A stretch of 64,000 nucleotides of DNA from an uncultured virus (IMG/VR IMGVR_UViG_3300002835_000124). Its lineage: Duplodnaviria; Heunggongvirae; Uroviricota; Caudoviricetes. Below, in pieces: positions 57,804 to 64,000 of this stretch. Position 1 is the first letter of the stretch, and each line of letters starts with the position of its first letter. The notes below the pieces were generated by a model. It ran no database searches. It saw only the letters and a list, made by a program, of their open reading frames with translations, and was not told the DNA's origin. A program made the translations under genes and the position numbers. The stretch lies in IMG/VR virus record IMGVR_UViG_3300002835_000124; one strand, 5' to 3'.

Positions 57804-57842
57804 AGAGGGGGCAAATTTAAAACTTGCCCTCTTTATTTTTTT
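57804..57842 (+). terminator. Intrinsic terminator
   Basis: AGAGGGGGCAA...TTGCCCTCT followed by a T tract. Confidence 0.7.
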
Positions 57843-57856
57843 ATAATGGGGAGAAT

Positions 57857-58549
57857 ATGGACTTTGTATATATTTGCAAAGAAGGCGTTAACGAAGAATT
57901 AAAGTATTCTATTAGATCTGTCGTTGAAAGTTTTCCAGACTCAAATATATGGGTTGTTGGTGGTAAGCCTGACTGGTACGTAGGAAACTATATTGAAGTG
58001 CATCAGATACATACTAAATATAAAAATGCTGTAGAAAATTTAAAAATGATTTGCTCTTCACCACAAATATCTAATAAATTTGTTTTAATGAATGATGACT
58101 TCTATATTATTAAAAAAATAAATAATATAGGCACTTTTCATGGCGGGTATCTATTAAATAAAATAAACTTATATCAAAAACTAAATGGTAATTCTAACTA
58201 TACTAGAAAACTTAATGCCACATATAAAAGATTAAAAGCCATTGGAATTGATGATCCATTAGACTATGAACTACACGTACCTATGGTTATGGAAAAGCAA
58301 AAATTACAAGAAGTATTAGATAAAAATGACCAGTTTTTATGGAGATCCATGTATGGAAATATATTTAAGGTAGGTGGATCAGAAATGCAGGATGTTAAGG
58401 TTTATACTAGCGGTCCACTAGTTTTTAAATCTTATAATTTAAACATAGATAATCATACATATTTGTCTAGCGCAGATAGTTCTTTTAATATTATTTGGAA
58501 TAACATACTTAAGGTTCAGTTTAAACAAAAAACTAAATTTGAGAAATAA
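57857..58549 (+). CDS. Stealth-like (hexose-phosphate transferase-like) protein
   Basis: MDFVY, EELKYSIRSV, FVLMNDDF, HVPM resemble Stealth conserved regions. Confidence 0.55.
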   Translation: MDFVYICKEGVNEELKYSIRSVVESFPDSNIWVVGGKPDWYVGNYIEVHQIHTKYKNAVENLKMICSSPQISNKFVLMNDDFYIIKKINNIGTFHGGYLLNKINLYQKLNGNSNYTRKLNATYKRLKAIGIDDPLDYELHVPMVMEKQKLQEVLDKNDQFLWRSMYGNIFKVGGSEMQDVKVYTSGPLVFKSYNLNIDNHTYLSSADSSFNIIWNNILKVQFKQKTKFEK

Positions 58550-59570
58550 GTTCTAGGTATTTATTTTTTAAAATACTTGGAGAAAAATTATTGATTCCAA
58601 TGTTATACGCTTGTTCTTTGTATGGTGTTTTATTTTTAATATCAATATAGTCATCAATTGTTTTTGCCAAAGCCTTTGGATCCGCCTCAAACAATTCAAG
58701 TCTAATTTTAGTTCTAATTGTTCCTATTGAATCACTTTTTACTAACCACTCTAAAGGTAAAATAAAATTATTTGGGGATATATCTGTCATAAAAACTGGC
58801 AGGGCACTCATAAGAGCCTCATTCATAGGTAAACAAAGACCAGCATAACGTCTAGGAAGTACCATAGCATCAAATCCATCATACATGCTTTCCCTATTGT
58901 CTGGATTACCAATTTCAACTTTAAGCCTAGAATCTTTAATGTTTGTTTCTATTTCGCTTTGGCTTCTAATTACTAACTCATAATCTGCCTTAGAGTGCTT
59001 AAGCATATCAATAACAGTTTCAGTACCATTTCTATCTTTTGCTGCTTTTTTACCAGCAATATGCAATATTCTATTATGTGATTTAGATAAATTGTTTTCT
59101 TTTATCTTACTAAATAATTTTTCATTTGTTGGTGGTGGAAGATGAATAACCTTTGTTTTACCACCAAACATTTTTTTAATGTGTTCAATTTGCCATATAC
59201 TTGGAGATAAAAGTACTGTTGGAAGTGGTAGGTTGGGGTTTGATAAATGTCCAAATAATTCGTAATTATATTGAAGAATCGTTTTAACATTATACTTATT
59301 TGCATACCTTATAAAGTTTTGGTCATAAAATGTTTCACAACTTAACACAACATCTATATCTTTTAAAAATAATTTTATATGTTGTAATGATGGAAACCCA
59401 CTGCTCTTAATACAACTATAATTTTCGTACCAATCTGGATGTTGTATATTTTTATTAAAGGGTGTTGAATCAATTAAAAGAATTTTATCTGGATTAAGCA
59501 TATTTACTAATTCTCTAGTTTGATTACCAAGACCAGTATTATCAGACCGTGCAATAATTCCTAATCTCAT
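58533..59570 (-). CDS. Glycosyltransferase, GT-B (GT4-like)
   Basis: YDGFDAMVLPRRYAGLCLPMNEALMSALPVFMTD. Confidence 0.85.
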   Translation of the reverse strand: MRLGIIARSDNTGLGNQTRELVNMLNPDKILLIDSTPFNKNIQHPDWYENYSCIKSSGFPSLQHIKLFLKDIDVVLSCETFYDQNFIRYANKYNVKTILQYNYELFGHLSNPNLPLPTVLLSPSIWQIEHIKKMFGGKTKVIHLPPPTNEKLFSKIKENNLSKSHNRILHIAGKKAAKDRNGTETVIDMLKHSKADYELVIRSQSEIETNIKDSRLKVEIGNPDNRESMYDGFDAMVLPRRYAGLCLPMNEALMSALPVFMTDISPNNFILPLEWLVKSDSIGTIRTKIRLELFEADPKALAKTIDDYIDIKNKTPYKEQAYNIGINNFSPSILKNKYLELISQI

Positions 59571-60328
59571 TCTTTATATCCCCAAGTTTCATCATCTACT
59601 GTAAATTTGCGGGTACCCTGACGACCATCTAAATGATAAGAACGTTTAATACTACCTTCAGGATGATAGATCCAAAGTTTGTGTATTTCCCAGCCCTCTT
59701 GACTAAATACATCGTATGGAGCAATATCATCTTGAATTGCCCCATGAAATGTATCTTCTATAAAAAATTTATCCTTGCATCTTGGAAGAACAATATCTTT
59801 ATAATATTTTTTTCTACTTAGGTGTGGTCTCTGACTCCATTGCATAGTTTTCATAAATCCATCTTCTAAACCAAACATAAGGTGTTCATGCTCTTTTGGT
59901 ATTTTTGATTCAAAATGAAAACGAATGGTATTTGCTTTATTATACTCAAACATATCCAAGCATTTATCCCAGTCTATTGCCACATCTGGGGTCAATGGGG
60001 CATCTCCTTCAATGTAAAGCAATAGCGGTGTTTTAATTTCATTAATTGTTTGACGCATCATGTTAGTTTGATGGCTATGCTCTTTAAATATAAAAGGCAA
60101 TATGTTGTTATCCTCATGCAAGCATTTCCATAAAATACGATTTTTATATTCATCGTAATCTTTTTTACGGTTTTGTTGCTCCTCCCTGAGACCATCTATT
60201 TGCATAATAATTTCGTTGTCTGGAAAGTGCACACGAATATCGCTAATTGTTTGCTCTATCATCTTTGTGCTTGGGTGATCTGGAATTATGGAGGTAGCCA
60301 TGACAATTGTTATATCTCTTTTATGCAT
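59567..60328 (-). CDS. Putative GT-A glycosyltransferase
   Basis: ITIVMATS, IMQIDG, LLYIEGD, YHLDGR; located in the glycan cluster. Confidence 0.6.
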   Translation of the reverse strand: MHKRDITIVMATSIIPDHPSTKMIEQTISDIRVHFPDNEIIMQIDGLREEQQNRKKDYDEYKNRILWKCLHEDNNILPFIFKEHSHQTNMMRQTINEIKTPLLLYIEGDAPLTPDVAIDWDKCLDMFEYNKANTIRFHFESKIPKEHEHLMFGLEDGFMKTMQWSQRPHLSRKKYYKDIVLPRCKDKFFIEDTFHGAIQDDIAPYDVFSQEGWEIHKLWIYHPEGSIKRSYHLDGRQGTRKFTVDDETWGYKE

Positions 60329-61175
60329 TTACTTGCCTCATTAACTCAATAAAAAGATCTCTTTTATATTTAATCCACCAACAAACAACTTGATGCATAT
60401 CGGATGTGCAATTATTTAATAATTCAGGTAGCATTTCGGGAAACTGTTGCCAATTTTCAAAAGTTTTTATTGAGTGATTGCCATCAAATAAAAAATTAAA
60501 AAAGTCTGTGTTTTGCATTCTTGGGTCCAACTTATCTCCTATGGGCAAGCAAAGCATTTCAATTGCTTCATAGAATCTAAATGAATCAACAACCATTGCT
60601 CCGCTAGGGCAAGGAACAATCTTTGATAAAAACATTTTGTCATAGTATTGTTTTGGCTTTAATCCTTCTGCAAAACCAGTAGTTGGATTATAAAAAGAGT
60701 TTGGTATCTCAGGCATAACGGTTGCAAGTTCTTGCCTTCTTTGATGAGTTATCTGTCCTGAAAAAAATACATCATACGATTTATCTTGATACTCTGGTAA
60801 ATTATTTGATAAATGTTGAGGAACACCTAATGCTAATTTATTATATTGTGAATGTTTTCTGTGCGGGTATTGAATCCAAATATCAATATTATTATGCTCT
60901 ATCTTATCAACCTTAAAAGTGGCGCTTTCATCTCCAGTAATAAGTAAAACCACCCTACCTATCTTATTTAACTCTTCAGATATTTGATCTTCGTAATCTA
61001 CATTTTGAGGTCCAGGAATCACAACAAAGGCTCTATCTGTTTTAGGCAAAGTTGTTACCCTATCTGGTTTAATATTATTTTTATTAAAAAATTGTTTTAA
61101 TAGACCGTAATCCCATTTATCAGCAGCACAGTCTTCTTGCTTAACTGAATAAAGATATGCTTTAAGATCGCTCAT
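60321..61175 (-). CDS. Exostosin/GT47-like glycosyltransferase
   Basis: DVFFSGQ..HQRR...SKIVPCPSG...SFRFYEAIE..CLPI. Start placed at ATG 61175. Confidence 0.65.
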   Translation of the reverse strand: MSDLKAYLYSVKQEDCAADKWDYGLLKQFFNKNNIKPDRVTTLPKTDRAFVVIPGPQNVDYEDQISEELNKIGRVVLLITGDESATFKVDKIEHNNIDIWIQYPHRKHSQYNKLALGVPQHLSNNLPEYQDKSYDVFFSGQITHQRRQELATVMPEIPNSFYNPTTGFAEGLKPKQYYDKMFLSKIVPCPSGAMVVDSFRFYEAIEMLCLPIGDKLDPRMQNTDFFNFLFDGNHSIKTFENWQQFPEMLPELLNNCTSDMHQVVCWWIKYKRDLFIELMRQVNA

Positions 61176-61875
61176 AAAATAAGTGTACCTCATGCTGATA
61201 GTCAAGCAAGGTTTCTTTATATCCAAGCCCCCACAACCAAAATCTTAAATCATATAAGTATTCATTCCATTGTTGCATCATAAATTCTGGATGACCAGAT
61301 AACCAGATCTTAGGCTTAAACTCCTTTAAAACGCCTTCTGCGCCCCTTAAAACACGTCCTTCGCTGCCTTCTACGTCTAAAGAAATTGCCGTAGGAGGCT
61401 TAATCCCATGATCATATACACAGGAATCTATGGTAATTTGACCATAGGTATCTCCTTCAAGGTATAGTTCTTTAAATCCATGTGCTGCTTCAATTTCTAA
61501 ATTTGATTCTGGTGGAAACTCATTATAATAAATACGTGTAAGGTTATTGTTTTTGTCTGAAGCAAATCCAGGAATGCAAACTGTTGGATTTTTTAAATTA
61601 TTTGCCTTCCAAATTAATGGATAGTGAGACCAAACCTTTGGATTAGGTTCAAATAAAACAACTTCTGATCCCCACATTTGACATAAGACAGGCATCTCTC
61701 CTTCTTCTGCACCAACATAATATACAACATCTCCAGATGAAATATTTTCTGACATATGCTTTAGCCTTGGTTTTTCCCAACCGTGTGGTTTATACCAATC
61801 AGGTCTGTTGGCACGATGTTCTGGAAGAAAGATTTCAAACTCTCCATTGATTAATGACTTTATCATTTCTGTCAT
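61162..61875 (-). CDS. FkbM-family methyltransferase
   Basis: YVGAEEG, LFEPNP, SLDVEGSE..VLRGA. Confidence 0.85.
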   Translation of the reverse strand: MTEMIKSLINGEFEIFLPEHRANRPDWYKPHGWEKPRLKHMSENISSGDVVYYVGAEEGEMPVLCQMWGSEVVLFEPNPKVWSHYPLIWKANNLKNPTVCIPGFASDKNNNLTRIYYNEFPPESNLEIEAAHGFKELYLEGDTYGQITIDSCVYDHGIKPPTAISLDVEGSEGRVLRGAEGVLKEFKPKIWLSGHPEFMMQQWNEYLYDLRFWLWGLGYKETLLDYQHEVHLFYERS

Positions 61876-61887
61876 TTTATAAACATC

Positions 61888-62553
61888 CTATTCTTGGTAT
61901 CTAACTTTTTTAATAAAACTAACATGGTTCTTATCATCTTCTTTTGGGCAGTATTTAAAATCTACATCTGGTAAGTTAAATGGAGTTGGATAAAGTTCCT
62001 CAACACTGTGCCCACCTCCAGGATATTGGCCCCACTTATTGTAGAAATATTGATGCAATAGGTTGTCATTTGACCTTACTCCACCTAGTTTAATGCTATG
62101 ACCCATAATAGTATCTGAAACATCAAATAAAATCTTTTCCCATTTAACATTAGGCATTGCTTTTTTAATTCTAATACTATAATCTAAATCATCATATCCA
62201 TATGGTGTAAAGTTTTCATCCCATCCTCCAACAGTATCAATAACATCTTTTTTAAAAGCCATTAAATGCCAACCATAAAGTTGGAAGCCTTCAACAATTT
62301 GAGCATCAGTTTTTTCTAAATGCTCAATGATATCTAAGCCACCCTTATCACCAAACCTTATTGCTGCACTCATAATGATAAACCAATCAGCATTATCTTC
62401 GTAAAATTTTTTGATGCCAAGGTTATGACTAGCCATTATGCCTACATTATTAACTGTATTATCAATCTCTAAAATATTTTCTAATTTGCAATTAGACATA
62501 AACTCATCACGAAACTCTTGCACACGAAATGGCAGACAGACTACATATTTCAT
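61888..62553 (-). CDS. GT2-like glycosyltransferase
   Basis: VGGWDENFTPYGYDDLDYSIR. Confidence 0.75.
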   Translation of the reverse strand: MKYVVCLPFRVQEFRDEFMSNCKLENILEIDNTVNNVGIMASHNLGIKKFYEDNADWFIIMSAAIRFGDKGGLDIIEHLEKTDAQIVEGFQLYGWHLMAFKKDVIDTVGGWDENFTPYGYDDLDYSIRIKKAMPNVKWEKILFDVSDTIMGHSIKLGGVRSNDNLLHQYFYNKWGQYPGGGHSVEELYPTPFNLPDVDFKYCPKEDDKNHVSFIKKVRYQE

Positions 62554-63434
62554 TTCTGCAACCATTTCATTAGTGATACTTTAGGTATCCATCCAGTTAA
62601 ATCTTTAAACTTAGAATTAGATGCAAGAGTTTCTTGCACTTCCCCAATTCTTGACGGGATAAACTTAACATCATTTGAAATCATATTAGCAATATCAAGT
62701 ATAGAGTAGTTACTTCCATACCCAATGTTATATACTTCCCCAAATCCATTTTCAACTTCAGATGCAAGAATGTTTGCCTGTATTACGTCTGATATGTGAG
62801 TAAAATCTCTACGCTGAGATCCATCTCCAACTACTGTCAATGGTTTTGACTCATGGTATTGTTTTAAAAATAGTCCTATTACTGGTGCGTATTGACCTTT
62901 TAATGGTTGTCTATCTCCATACACATTGAAGTATCTAAGGGATATTGTTTTTAATCCGTAAAGATTATAATAAACTCTTGCAAGGTTTTCACCAAAAACT
63001 TTAGCAGCAGAGTATGGAGTTAGTGGATCAGGGGATTGTGTTTCTTGGTTTGGAAGCAAAGCCTTTTTACCATAAGAAGAAGATGTGCTTGAATAGATTA
63101 GCCTATCAACCTTGTTAACCCTACAAAGTTCAAGAACATTGGCTGTTCCTACTGCGTTTGATTCAATAGATTTTTTTGGATTTAATATTGCTGGCTGTAT
63201 TCTTGCATCAGATGCTACGTGAAATACGCAGTCAACATCTTTAAATAGTGGTGCAATTAGGTCATAATCACAAATGTCATGCTTATAATTTTGTGCTTTA
63301 TCATTCCAATAGAACTGCTCATGACATTCTGCAGACTCATCATCAATACAAATAACATCGTGACCAAGACTAATTAACTTATCAACAAGGTTTGATCCAA
63401 TAAAACCAGCACCACCTGTAACTAAATATTTCAT
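62550..63434 (-). CDS. NAD-dependent nucleotide-sugar epimerase/dehydratase
   Basis: LVTGGAGFIGS, SSTSS, YSAAK, LRYFNVYG, GDGSQRRDF. Confidence 0.95.
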   Translation of the reverse strand: MKYLVTGGAGFIGSNLVDKLISLGHDVICIDDESAECHEQFYWNDKAQNYKHDICDYDLIAPLFKDVDCVFHVASDARIQPAILNPKKSIESNAVGTANVLELCRVNKVDRLIYSSTSSSYGKKALLPNQETQSPDPLTPYSAAKVFGENLARVYYNLYGLKTISLRYFNVYGDRQPLKGQYAPVIGLFLKQYHESKPLTVVGDGSQRRDFTHISDVIQANILASEVENGFGEVYNIGYGSNYSILDIANMISNDVKFIPSRIGEVQETLASNSKFKDLTGWIPKVSLMKWLQK

Positions 63435-64000
63435 TTTATATTTAAAGTTTCTAAAATGCTAGCCCATCTACGAACATATGTGTGCTCTTTCTTTGTTCTC
63501 TCATGTCCGTTAAGTCTGATTGCTTCTCTTGATACACCGTTTAACAAGTACTTATCTATTTTATTTTTTAGATCTTCAAGGTTGCCGTGTTCATAAAATA
63601 TAATTTCATTTTCATCTTTAAAGTATTCTTCAAGCCCTTTAATGCGAGGGTAAATGGTAAAACCACCACGACCAGTACTCTCAAACAACCTATCACTAGT
63701 GTAGTAAGGGTAGTTAAAATTAATGTTTAAACTATCACCTATTGCTATCTTGCTTCTTGCATAGATACGGTTTAAAGCATCTCCACGTACAGTTCCAGTG
63801 TCACCGTCTCCACCAACATGTAAAAATCTTTTGCCGTATGTGTTTCTCAAAAAGTCTATTAATTCTGGACGGTATTTATGTTCACGATGATAACCTTTGC
63901 TGCCAACAAAGATAATATCATTCTCAAAATTATGTGGATCGTAATCTTGATGTAGATAACACTCTTTATCATACACACCAGCAGGCAGAAAGTGCCCCCT
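63431..64000 (-). CDS. CgeB / Glyco_trans_1_2-like glycosyltransferase (5' end outside the window)
   Basis: IIFVGS, SDRLFESTGRGGF, HTYVRRW; the frame is open to the window edge. Confidence 0.8.
   Translation of the reverse strand, partial: RGHFLPAGVYDKECYLHQDYDPHNFENDIIFVGSKGYHREHKYRPELIDFLRNTYGKRFLHVGGDGDTGTVRGDALNRIYARSKIAIGDSLNINFNYPYYTSDRLFESTGRGGFTIYPRIKGLEEYFKDENEIIFYEHGNLEDLKNKIDKYLLNGVSREAIRLNGHERTKKEHTYVRRWASILETLNIK

Noticed and set aside
1..64000. Stop-codon reassignment
   Set aside because: Core genes are intact under the standard code, TAA, TAG and TGA all serve as stops, and there is no suppressor tRNA.
1..64000. Integrase, transposase, reverse transcriptase or diversity-generating retroelement
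   Set aside because: No ORF with these motifs and no template/variable repeat pair was recognised by eye.

Overview
This window is a 64 kb, AT-rich, gene-dense piece of a large tailed dsDNA phage of siphovirus type: it has a tail tube and a 2512-aa tape measure but no sheath gene. It uses the standard genetic code. A WhiB gene, an actinobacterial-style surface protein and many leaderless promoters point to an actinobacterial host, plausibly a low-GC freshwater lineage (inference). On the + strand the order is: capsid C-terminus, head-tail and tail genes (1-21.5 kb), replication and recombination (DnaB, primase, SSB, DnaE, RecA, Cas4-like, two resolvases; 21.5-34 kb), terminase (37.4-39.7 kb), secreted/surface proteins and lysis (39.7-45.6 kb), three tRNAs, hsp20 and many small genes (45.6-58.5 kb). 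A convergent - strand glycan-synthesis cluster fills 58.5-64 kb. Single-gene cassettes (methyltransferases, two flavin-dependent halogenases, a CPA2 antiporter) sit between core genes with almost no spacer DNA. The best leads are: (1) a probable virion or surface glycosylation system, since both capsid and tail tube end in Ser; (2) tail chaperones G and GT encoded as two paralogous genes rather than by frameshift; (3) a ROSE-like RNA thermometer on hsp20; (4) an unnamed 5' pseudoknot; (5) a host-like S-layer module; (6) a shared C-terminal K-x-IW-x-G-x(1-2)-FD peptide. All family assignments come from reading motifs by eye; no database searches were run.
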